From Candidatus Doudnabacteria bacterium (GTDB taxonomy: Bacteria > Patescibacteriota > Doudnabacteria > UBA920 > O2-02-FULL-48-8): 47,425 nt of DNA. Position numbers and translations under genes: made by a program. Positions 34,600 through 42,869 of this stretch are shown one piece after another (the first letter of the stretch is position 1; the number at the start of each line of letters is the position of its first letter). Location of the stretch: the NCBI GenBank assembly GCA_016186915.1, contig JACPKU010000001.1:1-47425 (forward strand), given 5' to 3'. The notes beneath the pieces were generated by a model, which worked only from the letters and a program-made list of their open reading frames with translations, searched no databases and was not told the origin of the DNA.

Positions 34600-35214
34600 A
34601 TGATCACAGATATTGTTCTCATCATCACTAATTTTATAACCCAAGCCATAAATACTTTAGGCTACTCTGGTGTCGCGATTCTCATGGCCATTGAATCGGC
34701 CGCCATTCCTCTACCCTCAGAGATCATCATGCCGTTTGGCGGTTTCTTGGTGGCAGAGGGTCGTTTTACGCTTTTGGGTTTAGGGTTGGCCGGCGCGGTT
34801 GGTTCGGTGATTGGTTCAATCGTGACCTACGCTTTGGGTTATTACGGCGGCCGGCCGCTTATAATTAAGTACGGACGTTTCGTCCTGATTACCGAGCACG
34901 ACCTGAACTTAACGGAAAGGTTTTTTGAGCGATTTGGCAAGGCCTCGGTTTTTTTCGGCCGGATGCTGCCGGTAGTTCGGACTTTCATTTCCATTCCAGC
35001 AGGGATCGGCAAGGTGGCTTTTGGGCCGTTCGTTGCCACCGCCTTTCTCGGCTCCTTTATTTGGTCTTATTTTTTAGCCTGGCTCGGCTTCAAGTTAGGC
35101 GAGAATTGGCCGAGGCTGGAGGATTATTTCCGCAAATTCGATCTGGTTATAGTCATGGTCATGGCCATCGTCATAATTTGGTGGTTGCGGCGTCATCTCA
35201 AAAAGCGAATATAA
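34600..35214 (+). CDS. DedA/SNARE-associated family membrane protein
   Basis: ESAAIPLPSEIIMPFGG and RMLPVVRTFISIPAG motifs. ATG 34600 preferred. Confidence 0.85.
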   Translation: MITDIVLIITNFITQAINTLGYSGVAILMAIESAAIPLPSEIIMPFGGFLVAEGRFTLLGLGLAGAVGSVIGSIVTYALGYYGGRPLIIKYGRFVLITEHDLNLTERFFERFGKASVFFGRMLPVVRTFISIPAGIGKVAFGPFVATAFLGSFIWSYFLAWLGFKLGENWPRLEDYFRKFDLVIVMVMAIVIIWWLRRHLKKRI

Positions 35215-35243
35215 AAAAGAATCCTTTTCTCAAAATTGACCAG

Positions 35244-35272
35244 TTGTCAAACTTCTCGGCCCTTGCTATACT
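35244..35272 (+). promoter_or_regulatory. extended -10 promoter, TTGTCA-N14-TGC-TATACT
   Basis: TTGTCA at 35244-35249 and TATACT at 35267-35272, upstream of rpsP. Confidence 0.55.
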
Positions 35273-35289
35273 ATGCAAGACTTATATAA

Positions 35290-35715
35290 ATGTTAACTAT
35301 CCGACTACAACGAGTAGGTACCAAAAACAGCCCGGCATTCCGGGTAGTTTTGGCTGAGAAGCACCGGTCAGTCAGCAAGAAATTTTTGGAAGTGTTGGGT
35401 CACTACAATCCCAGAAACAAGGAATTGGGAATAAAGGACAAGGAAAGATTGAATTACTGGGTCGCGCAGAATGTTAGTCTGACTCCATCAGTAAAAAATC
35501 TGTTGATTGAAAAAAAGTTTATCGAAGGCGCCAAAGTCAAGGCTTGGAAGCCCAAGAAAAAAGAACAGCCGAAAGAAGAAATAAAAGCGGAGGGTGAAGC
35601 CAAACCGCAGGGAGGAGCCGAAGCCCAAGCTCCTCAGGTCAAAGCCGAAGTTAAGTCTGAGCCAGAACCAACCGAAGCAGAACCCAAAGCCGAAGCTCAA
35701 GCTCCTCAGGCATAA
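35290..35715 (+). CDS. rpsP: 30S ribosomal protein S16 with Lys/Glu/Ala/Pro-rich C-terminal tail
   Basis: MLTIRLQRVGTKNSPAFRVV start. About 60 extra C-terminal residues (KPKKKEQPKEEIKAEGEAKPQ...). Confidence 0.92.
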   Translation: MLTIRLQRVGTKNSPAFRVVLAEKHRSVSKKFLEVLGHYNPRNKELGIKDKERLNYWVAQNVSLTPSVKNLLIEKKFIEGAKVKAWKPKKKEQPKEEIKAEGEAKPQGGAEAQAPQVKAEVKSEPEPTEAEPKAEAQAPQA

Positions 35716-35744
35716 TTGACCGCTGGTTATTTTTCCAGTATAAT
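35716..35744 (+). promoter_or_regulatory. promoter, TTGACC-17-TATAAT
   Basis: TTGACC at 35716-35721 and TATAAT at 35739-35744. Confidence 0.5.
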
Positions 35745-35839
35745 TTAGGCATACTGATACAGTTACCTTTTAGGTCGAAGTAGCGTCAATCAGCAGTTCT
35801 TTCCATTCAAAGAATTAAATAATTGTCGAGAGTAAAGAT

Positions 35840-36163
35840 ATGTCCGCAGAACCAGATCAAGAGTTTGTTGAGTATCTCGTAAAAAATCTTGTCGATCATC
35901 CAGAAGATGTGAAGACAGAGCGCACAGTTGACGAGATGGGAGTCTTGATTACTTTGCATCTTAATCCAGAAGACATGGGGCAGGTAATCGGACGTCAAGG
36001 TCAGACAGCGAAATCGATTCGGACCTTACTCCGCGTTGTCGGGGCGAAGAGAAAATCCCGAGTGAATCTGAAAATTCACGAGCCGGAAGGTAGCAAGCGC
36101 GCAGTAAGAGACGAGTCCCCAGATAAAGAGCTGTCGAGCGATATAGACGAATTCAAACTGTAA
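35840..36163 (+). CDS. KH-domain RNA-binding protein (YlqC/UPF0109 family)
   Basis: The GQVIGRQGQTAKSIRTLL GXXG KH motif, and the conserved position after rpsP. Confidence 0.85.
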   Translation: MSAEPDQEFVEYLVKNLVDHPEDVKTERTVDEMGVLITLHLNPEDMGQVIGRQGQTAKSIRTLLRVVGAKRKSRVNLKIHEPEGSKRAVRDESPDKELSSDIDEFKL

Positions 36164-36166
36164 AAT

Positions 36167-36192
36167 AAAACCCCCGGTAAATCGGGGGTTTT
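36167..36192 (+). terminator. rho-independent terminator
   Basis: CCCCCG (36171-36176) / CGGGGG (36183-36188), followed by TTTT. Confidence 0.7.
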
Positions 36193-36309
36193 AAATGTAA
36201 AAATCAAAAATTAAATATCAAAATGTAACTAAAAGTGCAAAAAGCATTAAATTCTCTTTTTAATTTTATTTTTTCATTTTGCGTTTTGACCTTTGCAATT
36301 TGAATTTTT
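36193..36309. repeat. A-word/T-word inverted repeat, family 2, long copy a
   Basis: AAATGTAAAAATCAAAAATTAAATATCAAAATGTAA... is roughly 90% identical over its first ~55 nt to the 41934-42049 copy. It ends directly at the trmD ATG. Confidence 0.7.
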
Positions 36310-37020
36310 ATGAATTTTATCATCTTAACTTTGTTCCCAGAGGCTTTTGAATCTTATTTTAAAATAAGCCTGATTAAACGCGCAGTAAAAAAGAGACTGA
36401 TTAAGCTACAACTAGTCAACCTTAGGGATTACGCAAAAGACAATCATAAAACGGTTGACGGCCGGCCATACGGCGGCGGGGCAGGGATGGTTCTCCGCGT
36501 GGATATATTAGATCGCGCGTTGCGCGATTTAAAGTCAAAGGTCAAAAGTCAAAGGTCAAAAGTTGTTTTACTATCTCCGCAGGGTAAAAAGTTTGATCAA
36601 AAATTGGCTTTAAAACTTTCTCACCTTAGAACTTTAATACTGATCTGTGGCCGCTACGAAGGTTTTGATGAAAGGATCCGTAAACTTGTTGATCTGGAAG
36701 TGTCTTTGGGTGATTTTGTATTGACTGGTGGAGAGATCCCGGCGATGGCAGTTCTTGATACAGTTGCCAGGCTTGTTCCAGGTGTAGTAGGCAAAGAAGC
36801 ATCTTTGGATGAAGAAAGTTTTTCCGATAATTTGTTGGAATACCCGCAATACACCAGACCCGAGGTTTATTCCGCCAAAGGCGGATCCGCCTCCGGCGGA
36901 AAGAAAATGAGAGTTCCAAAAGTTTTGCTTTCTGGCGATCATAAAAAAATCGCACAATGGCGCAAGAAAGAATCTCTGAAGCGCACCAAGAAGCGAAGAC
37001 CGGATTTATTGAAAGTCTAG
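36310..37020 (+). CDS. trmD: tRNA (guanine37-N1)-methyltransferase TrmD carrying an in-frame repeat insertion
   Basis: VDGRPYGGGAGMVL, ICGRYEGFDERI and GDFVLTGGEIPA motifs, plus an extra AKGGSASGGK loop. Confidence 0.93.
   Translation: MNFIILTLFPEAFESYFKISLIKRAVKKRLIKLQLVNLRDYAKDNHKTVDGRPYGGGAGMVLRVDILDRALRDLKSKVKSQRSKVVLLSPQGKKFDQKLALKLSHLRTLILICGRYEGFDERIRKLVDLEVSLGDFVLTGGEIPAMAVLDTVARLVPGVVGKEASLDEESFSDNLLEYPQYTRPEVYSAKGGSASGGKKMRVPKVLLSGDHKKIAQWRKKESLKRTKKRRPDLLKV
36871..36903 (+). repeat. 33-nt GC-rich double-hairpin element, in-frame copy 2
   Basis: TCCGCCAAAGGCGGATCCGCCTCCGGCGGAAAG. Confidence 0.85.
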
Positions 37021-37074
37021 CATACTGCTAAAATGTGCGATTGCACAAAATAGACGTAATGTATTTTAAATCAA

Positions 37075-38076
37075 ATGCTTCATTCTATCGCAAATAAGTC
37101 CGAGCGCCTGGATAAATTTTTAGCTGGAAAAATTTCTGAAGTTTCACGGGGCAAAATCCAGAAAGCCATCAAAGATGGTTTGGTTTTGGTGAATGGCCAA
37201 AAAATTTTGGAGCCGGACTTTCAGGTTTCAGCTGACGATCAAATCGAATTGCCAGAATTCGAACCCTATAAGCTAAAAGCTATTAGCTATAAGCTTAAAG
37301 TAGTTTTCGAAAATCAAGACCTCGCCGTTGTCGACAAACCCGCCGGCCTCATGGTGCATCCCGCAGCTGGTAGAGAAGGTGATACTCTGGCCCACGCCTT
37401 GCTGACCAGGTTTCCAGGAATCGAAAAAGTCGGCGAGCCGCACCGCCCTGGCATCGTGCATCGGCTGGATGAAGACACCTCTGGACTATTATTGATTGCC
37501 AAAACTAAAACCGGTTATGAATATTTAAAAAATTTATTTGAGAGCCGTAGTATCGAAAAAGAATATTTGGCCTTGGTGCAAGGCGTGCCGGAAAAGTTGC
37601 ATGGCATAATTGATGTGCCGATTGGGAAGGCAGGCACTCATCAGAAGATGCGCGCAGGCGAAGGTCGCGAGGCAATAACTGAGTATTCGGTTTTGGCCAG
37701 CGCTTCTCGCAATCCTGACCCCGGATCGAGGTCCGGGGCAAGCTCCAGTCAGGACCTCTCGGATAGAGACCCTGAATCAAGTTCAGGGTTGCGCAGCGGC
37801 TCTTTACAATATTCCTTGCTTTTGGTAAAATTGCATACAGGTCGCACGCATCAGATTCGAGTGCATCTGGCCCATCTCGGTCACCCGGTAGTTGGCGATT
37901 CGTTGTATGGCGGCAAGTTTAAGCAATCGGGTCAGCAGCTCATCAAAAGACAGTTTCTACATGCGCATCGGTTGAAACTTCAGCTCATGGATGGCACATG
38001 GCTGGAATTGGAATCAGAATTGCCAGAAGATTTGAAGAAAGTATTAAAAATTTTGAATATTAAATTCCCCTCTTAG
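37075..38076 (+). CDS. RluA-family 23S rRNA pseudouridine synthase (RluD-like) with a GC-rich in-frame insertion
   Basis: S4 domain, HRLDEDTSGLLLIAK catalytic motif, TGRTHQIRVHLAHLGHP. About 35 extra Ser/Gly/Asp/Pro-rich residues lie before the LHTGRTHQ strand. Confidence 0.9.
   Translation: MLHSIANKSERLDKFLAGKISEVSRGKIQKAIKDGLVLVNGQKILEPDFQVSADDQIELPEFEPYKLKAISYKLKVVFENQDLAVVDKPAGLMVHPAAGREGDTLAHALLTRFPGIEKVGEPHRPGIVHRLDEDTSGLLLIAKTKTGYEYLKNLFESRSIEKEYLALVQGVPEKLHGIIDVPIGKAGTHQKMRAGEGREAITEYSVLASASRNPDPGSRSGASSSQDLSDRDPESSSGLRSGSLQYSLLLVKLHTGRTHQIRVHLAHLGHPVVGDSLYGGKFKQSGQQLIKRQFLHAHRLKLQLMDGTWLELESELPEDLKKVLKILNIKFPS
37714..37789. repeat. GC-rich nested hairpins inside rluD
   Basis: CCTGA (37714-37718) / TCAGG (37749-37753) enclose CCCCGGA/TCCGGGG. 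A second hairpin is ACCCTGAA (37769-37776) / TTCAGGGT (37782-37789). Confidence 0.75.
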
Positions 38077-38192
38077 AATAAGAGATGCTACCTCCCTCAC
38101 TGGCCGCCGGGGGCTGGTTAGGGGAGTTAGAAACCGAAAGAATTATAACCCCACCTAACCTCCCCTTATATTAAGGGGAGGAACCTAAACCT

Positions 38193-38537
38193 ATGCAACT
38201 TAATAGTTCCAAACAAGAACAACTTAAGCAAGACGTGCCAGTATTAAAATCTGGCTACACTGTACGCGTCCACCAGAAAATCAAGGATGTGTCGGCCGAA
38301 GGCAAAGAAAAAGAGAGAATCCAGGTGTTTGAAGGACAAGTCATTGGAGTCAGCGGCGGCAAAGGAATTAATGCCACCATGACCGTGCGCAGGATTGCTT
38401 CAGGTGTGGGTGTAGAGAGAATTTTTCCAATCCATTCACCGATGATAGAAAAGATCGAAGTGGTCAATGAATCTAGCGCAAAAAAAGCCAAGATTTACTA
38501 TACGCGAACTGGCAAAGAAGCAAAAGTGAAAGAATAG
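38193..38537 (+). CDS. rplS: 50S ribosomal protein L19
   Basis: [12 protein letters not shown]...[39 protein letters not shown] is the L19 signature. Confidence 0.95.
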   Translation: MQLNSSKQEQLKQDVPVLKSGYTVRVHQKIKDVSAEGKEKERIQVFEGQVIGVSGGKGINATMTVRRIASGVGVERIFPIHSPMIEKIEVVNESSAKKAKIYYTRTGKEAKVKE

Positions 38538-38620
38538 TTTTTTAGCTTGATAGCAAGACCGTCAGATGAAAGGCGGTTTTTTTTGTTGATCCTAAACCAT
38601 AAAAGTGCTACCATAATTGC

Positions 38621-39136
38621 ATGGAACTACTTGCTCTGTTTCTCATTTGGCCTTTTCTCATACTGGCTTTCGGTCTGGTCTTCATAGTGTTTGAGGATTT
38701 AGCAATCGGCAGCGGCTGGCTGTTGTTTTTTATTTCTACCATTGGAATTTTGATCTTGGCCGCGAGCAGAAAGCGAAAGGCTCATGAAGAGAGCCAGCTG
38801 GGTCAGCTGAAGAACTTGCGCCAGATCGTCGTTATTTTTTCCATCGGTGTTTTGCTGCCAATCTTTGTCCGTTATATGTTTGAGGCCTTTGACCAAAGCT
38901 TGCCGGTGATTTTAGTAGGACTGATTTTGGGCTTTGGACTGATGATTTGGGGGATGTTTATCAAATCGCACAAGGTGCTGGTGTACAGCAACATCATCGG
39001 GGGCGCTGTCAGTGTTGTATACGTCTACACCCAGCTTTGGGAGTTGGGAGGGGGAGCCCGGGTGATTGCGGCTGCGTTTGGACTTGTGGTGGCTGTTGTC
39101 ATTTCCAGCATTAAGCTTAAGGATAAATTAACATGA
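38621..39136 (+). CDS. membrane protein, unknown function
   Basis: Five hydrophobic helices and no recognised motif. Confidence 0.55.
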   Translation: MELLALFLIWPFLILAFGLVFIVFEDLAIGSGWLLFFISTIGILILAASRKRKAHEESQLGQLKNLRQIVVIFSIGVLLPIFVRYMFEAFDQSLPVILVGLILGFGLMIWGMFIKSHKVLVYSNIIGGAVSVVYVYTQLWELGGGARVIAAAFGLVVAVVISSIKLKDKLT

Positions 39137-39519
39137 CCATAGACAAAGCAACGACCAAAGTATTTTTCGGTCTTTTGATTTTTATGTTCAGTGTGGCGCT
39201 CGCCTATTTTTCAGCGTCGTATGTCCGGACTGAACAGATTTTTAACTACTGGACAACTCTCATACTTTTTTCGGCGGTTTACATCATCGTAGGAATAATC
39301 GTTTATCAAGTTTTCCCCATAAGCCTTGGTTTCTTATTCTCGGCTGATGTTTTAATCCTGCACCTGCTTTTGGAAAATTTTGGCGACATTGCCAGCAACA
39401 CCAAGACAATTATTATCGGTCTGGTGTTGGTTGTGCTTTATCTGTTCGCTTGGATGAACATGAAAGATGAGCCGTCAGAGCCTGCGACGCCGTCTGTTCC
39501 CCCAATCAATCAGGTTTAG
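39133..39519 (+). CDS. membrane protein, unknown function
   Basis: Four hydrophobic helices. 4-nt overlap with the upstream ORF. Confidence 0.55.
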   Translation: MTIDKATTKVFFGLLIFMFSVALAYFSASYVRTEQIFNYWTTLILFSAVYIIVGIIVYQVFPISLGFLFSADVLILHLLLENFGDIASNTKTIIIGLVLVVLYLFAWMNMKDEPSEPATPSVPPINQV

Positions 39520-39520
39520 T

Positions 39521-39552
39521 AAAACCGCCCTGATAAATCGGGGCGGTTTTTA
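39521..39552. terminator. bidirectional intrinsic terminator between convergent genes
   Basis: ACCGCCC (39524-39530) / GGGCGGT (39541-39547), with AAAA before and TTTTT after. Confidence 0.75.
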
Positions 39553-39559
39553 GTTTTGT

Positions 39560-40141
39560 CTAAATTAGTTTCAGCACTTTCCACCAATTCTCAATGTATT
39601 CTGGCCTTCTATTTTTATATTTGAGATAATAGGCGTGTTCCCAAACGTCCAAACCGATGATGGGCGTGTGCCCGTGCAGATAGGGCGAGTCTTGATTGGG
39701 CAAGCCATGCAAATGCAATTTGCCTTGTTCATCTCGGGCCAGCCAAGCCCAACCAGACCCAAACACTTTGCTGGCAGTATCTGTAAATTGTTTTTTGAAT
39801 TCGTCAATGGAACCGAAAGCGGTCTCAATCTCTGATACTAGCTGTTCATCCACTTGTTTTTTCGGCCCCATGATCTGCCAGAATAAAGAATGGTTGCTAT
39901 GTCCGCCGCCATGGTTTTGGATGGCTTTCTTGTCAGTTTCATCTATGTTTAATGAAGCCAAGGTTTTTAAGAGCTCTTCTAATGGCTTATCTGCTAAATC
40001 AGGATATTTTTCCAAAGCAGCATTAAGTTTGTCCACATAAGCCTGATGGTGCTTGGTATGGTGGATTTCCATAGTTTGAGCATCGATGTATGGCTCAAGC
40101 GCATTATAGGCATATGGAAGCTGGGGCAAAGTGTGGATCAT
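39560..40141 (-). CDS. Fe/Mn superoxide dismutase
   Basis: LPQLPYAYNALEPYID, HHTKHHQAYV and DVWEHAYYL motifs. Start set at MIHTLPQLPY (40141) because a promoter lies within the longer tracked ORF. Confidence 0.93.
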   Translation of the reverse strand: MIHTLPQLPYAYNALEPYIDAQTMEIHHTKHHQAYVDKLNAALEKYPDLADKPLEELLKTLASLNIDETDKKAIQNHGGGHSNHSLFWQIMGPKKQVDEQLVSEIETAFGSIDEFKKQFTDTASKVFGSGWAWLARDEQGKLHLHGLPNQDSPYLHGHTPIIGLDVWEHAYYLKYKNRRPEYIENWWKVLKLI

Positions 40142-40171
40142 ATCCGCTTTTATAAAATAATGTGTATTAGT

Positions 40172-40200
40172 ATCATAAAATTCTTTAAAACCCGCGTCAA
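40172..40200 (-). promoter_or_regulatory. promoter, TTGACG-17-TATGAT
   Basis: On the minus strand, TTGACG at 40200-40195 and TATGAT at 40177-40172, about 30 nt upstream of the sod start. Confidence 0.5.
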
Positions 40201-40417
40201 ACCCAAGGCTTTGACCGAAGCTCAATTTATGGTATATTATCAGTAGTTTAGTTATTTAACCTTGATTGACTGCATCTTTTCTGATGAAATTGGAATATTT
40301 AACTCAATTGATATTAAATTCTTCTGAAACCTTAAAAATAAGGGCTTTTTAAGTCGTTTTGAGCTAAAATATAATCTGATCAGATGTCAGCCAACTTAAG
40401 GTGTTGGAGATTTAGTT

Positions 40418-41935
40418 ATGGAAAACTTAATTTTAGCCGGAGCGCTGATCGCCGGGCTGATTGCCGGATATTTTTTCCGGAAATACCAGATCGGAAACAA
40501 GCTTGACTCAATCGAAGGCAAGGTTGCAAAGGCCTTGGAAGAGGCCAAAACCAAAGAAAAAGAGCTAATGCTGGAAGCCAAGGCCAAGGCCTTGGAGATA
40601 GTGGAACAAGCGAAAAAAAGCGAGCAGGATTTCCGCAACCAAATTCTTAAAGTGGAAGAAAGGCTGAGTAAAAAAGAATCTGATTTAGAGCGAAAGTCTT
40701 CAGAATTAGACAAATCCATGGCCGAAAGCGCCAAAAAGCGTGAGGATGTTCTAAAAATTCAAGAGGAATTAAGAGCCGTCAAGCAGCAACAGCTGGAACA
40801 GCTTCAAAAGATCAGCAACTTGAATCTGGAAGAGGCAAAAAAGGTGTTGCTGGAAGCCACAGAGAAAAACATGAAAGAAGAGTTGACCATGCTGACCAGA
40901 AAGCTGGTCGGTCAGGCTCGGGAAGAAGCGGACAAGAAAGCCAGGGAGATTGTTTCTCTGGCCATCCAGCGCTGCGCTTCCGAAGTAACCAGTGAACAGA
41001 CTACAACCACGGTGGCCCTGCCCAACGAGGTCATGAAAGGACGAATAATTGGAAAAGAGGGAAGAAATATCCGTACGTTTGAGCAGATGCTGGGCGTGGA
41101 AGTAATCGTTGATGACACCCCGGATGCCGTGGTGATTTCAGGATTTAATTCAGTGCGCCGCTTTATCGCCAAGCTCGCTTTGGAGAAATTGATCCAAGAC
41201 GGCAGAATTCATCCGGCAAAAATTGAAGAAGCCACGGAAAAAGCCAAGAAAGACGTGGCGGAAATGATCAAGGAGGCCGGTGAAGCTGCGGTGTACGAAT
41301 TGGGGATTGCCAGCTTTCCGACTAAGCTTATACATCTGATTGGTCGGTTGAAGTTTAGGACCAGTTATGGCCAGAACGTGCTCAAGCACTCAATCGAGAT
41401 GGCCAAACTCGCCGCTTTGATGGCGGAAGAGGTCGGCGCGGATGTTTCAGTGGTCAAACAAGGGGCGCTGCTCCATGACATTGGCAAGGCTCTTGATCAA
41501 GATATGGAGGGAACACACGTGGAGATCGGCAAACAGATTGCCAAAAAATTCAATTTACCCGAAAAGATAGTTAACGCGATCGAGGCTCATCACGGTGATG
41601 TAGAATACACGTCCATTGAAGCGGCGATCGTGGATGCCGCAGACAATATTTCAGGTTCCCGGCCCGGGGCGAGGCGTGATACTTATGAGCAGTACATTCA
41701 AAGGCTGGAAGAATTGGAGAATATCGCTGCTAGCTTTGAAGGGGTGGAGAAAGTTTATGCCATTCAAGCCGGCAGGGAGATAAGAGTATTTGTAAAACCC
41801 GAAAAGTTGGATGACTGGAGCGCCACTAAGCTGGCCCGCGAGATTGCCAATAAAATCGAGGCGGAGTTGAAGTATCCGGGAGAGATCAGAGTGATGGTGA
41901 TTCGGGAAACGCGAGTTATTGAATACGCAAGGTAA
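40418..41935 (+). CDS. rny: ribonuclease Y
   Basis: N-terminal TM, coiled coil, KH domain (GRIIGKEGRNIR), and HD domain (LLHDIGKA). Confidence 0.95.
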   Translation: MENLILAGALIAGLIAGYFFRKYQIGNKLDSIEGKVAKALEEAKTKEKELMLEAKAKALEIVEQAKKSEQDFRNQILKVEERLSKKESDLERKSSELDKSMAESAKKREDVLKIQEELRAVKQQQLEQLQKISNLNLEEAKKVLLEATEKNMKEELTMLTRKLVGQAREEADKKAREIVSLAIQRCASEVTSEQTTTTVALPNEVMKGRIIGKEGRNIRTFEQMLGVEVIVDDTPDAVVISGFNSVRRFIAKLALEKLIQDGRIHPAKIEEATEKAKKDVAEMIKEAGEAAVYELGIASFPTKLIHLIGRLKFRTSYGQNVLKHSIEMAKLAALMAEEVGADVSVVKQGALLHDIGKALDQDMEGTHVEIGKQIAKKFNLPEKIVNAIEAHHGDVEYTSIEAAIVDAADNISGSRPGARRDTYEQYIQRLEELENIAASFEGVEKVYAIQAGREIRVFVKPEKLDDWSATKLAREIANKIEAELKYPGEIRVMVIRETRVIEYAR

Positions 41936-42049
41936 TGCAAAAATCAAAGATCAAACATCAAAGTGTAATGAAAAATGCAAAGAGCATAATAATTTTTAAT
42001 TTTGCTTTGTCATTTTGCATTTTGCATTTTGCCTTTTGAATTTTTAATC
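41934..42049. repeat. A-word/T-word inverted repeat, family 2, long copy b
   Basis: AATGCAAAAATCAAAGATCAAACATCAAAGTGTAA ... TCATTTTGCATTTTGCATTTTGCCTTTTGAATTTTT. It starts within the rny stop codon and ends 5 nt before the ymdB ATG. Confidence 0.7.
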
Positions 42050-42868
42050 ATGCTAAAGATTTTATTCTTCGGTGACATTGCGGGCGAACCCGGCAGGAAG
42101 GCTGTAAGACAAGCTCTCCCGGCAATTTTGGAGAACGAGCAGCCTGATTTGGTGTTGGCCAACGTCGAAAATCTGGCGCATGGAAAAGGGGTAACCGTAA
42201 AAACTTTGGAAGAACTAATCCGGGCGGGGATTCAGGGGTTTACTGGCGGCAATCATATTTTCTCCAAGCGCGAGTTTTCCAATGAAGCATTGGAAAAATA
42301 TGCGGCTGTTTTAGTCAGGCCTGTAAATATTTCCAGTATTTATTCAGGGAAAGCGCAGGCCGTGTTTGAAACAACAAAAGGAAAGGTCCTGCTGGGAAAC
42401 TTTTTAGGGCAGGTATTTATGGAAAACCAGTTTCCAGAAATTGTGGGTCCGCCGTTTGCTTCGGTTTCCGAGTGGCTGGATCAGCATAAAACTGAGCAGA
42501 TCAAAGCGGTTCTGATTGATTTTCACGCGGAGGCGACCAGCGAGAAAGTGGCATTTGGATATTTTCTTGACGGCAAGGTTTCTGCGGTTGTGGGGACACA
42601 TACCCACATTCCGACTGCTGACGCCAAAATTTTGCCAGGAGGGACGGCATATATCACCGACGTCGGGATGTGCGGGGCAGCGGGTTCGGTATTAGGGGTA
42701 AAAAAAGAACTCTCGCTGGAGAGGTTCCTCACCGGCAAAAAAGTTGCCTTTGATATTCCAGACGATGCTGAGCTTGCCGAATTAAGTTATGTTATTATTA
42801 ACATAGATGAGAATAGCGGTAAATCTCAGGACATTAAACCCATACATCAAATAACCAAAATCAAATAA
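42050..42868 (+). CDS. ymdB: YmdB-like metallophosphoesterase (2',3'-cyclic-nucleotide phosphodiesterase family)
   Basis: MLKILFFGDIAGEPGR, NVENLAHGKG, GGNHIF and HAEATSEK motifs. The conserved rny-ymdB pairing is present. Confidence 0.88.
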   Translation: MLKILFFGDIAGEPGRKAVRQALPAILENEQPDLVLANVENLAHGKGVTVKTLEELIRAGIQGFTGGNHIFSKREFSNEALEKYAAVLVRPVNISSIYSGKAQAVFETTKGKVLLGNFLGQVFMENQFPEIVGPPFASVSEWLDQHKTEQIKAVLIDFHAEATSEKVAFGYFLDGKVSAVVGTHTHIPTADAKILPGGTAYITDVGMCGAAGSVLGVKKELSLERFLTGKKVAFDIPDDAELAELSYVIINIDENSGKSQDIKPIHQITKIK

Positions 42869-42869
42869 A

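Noticed and set aside
36531-36562. The tandem GTCAAAGGTCAAAA duplication in trmD as another in-frame insertion.
   Set aside because: The loop it encodes (RDLKSKVKSQRS, 12 aa) is about the same length as the corresponding E. coli TrmD loop as I recall it. It is therefore sequence replacement or low complexity rather than added length. It is mentioned only in connection with the upstream repeat.
41934-42049. Whether the repeated CAAA/TTTG word blocks (also at 36193-36309, 34461-34599 and 45372-45514) are a CRISPR array or a tandem microsatellite.
   Set aside because: There is no regular repeat-spacer periodicity and the units are not identical. Each locus is a single inverted (A-rich arm / T-rich arm) structure. 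No cas genes are present.
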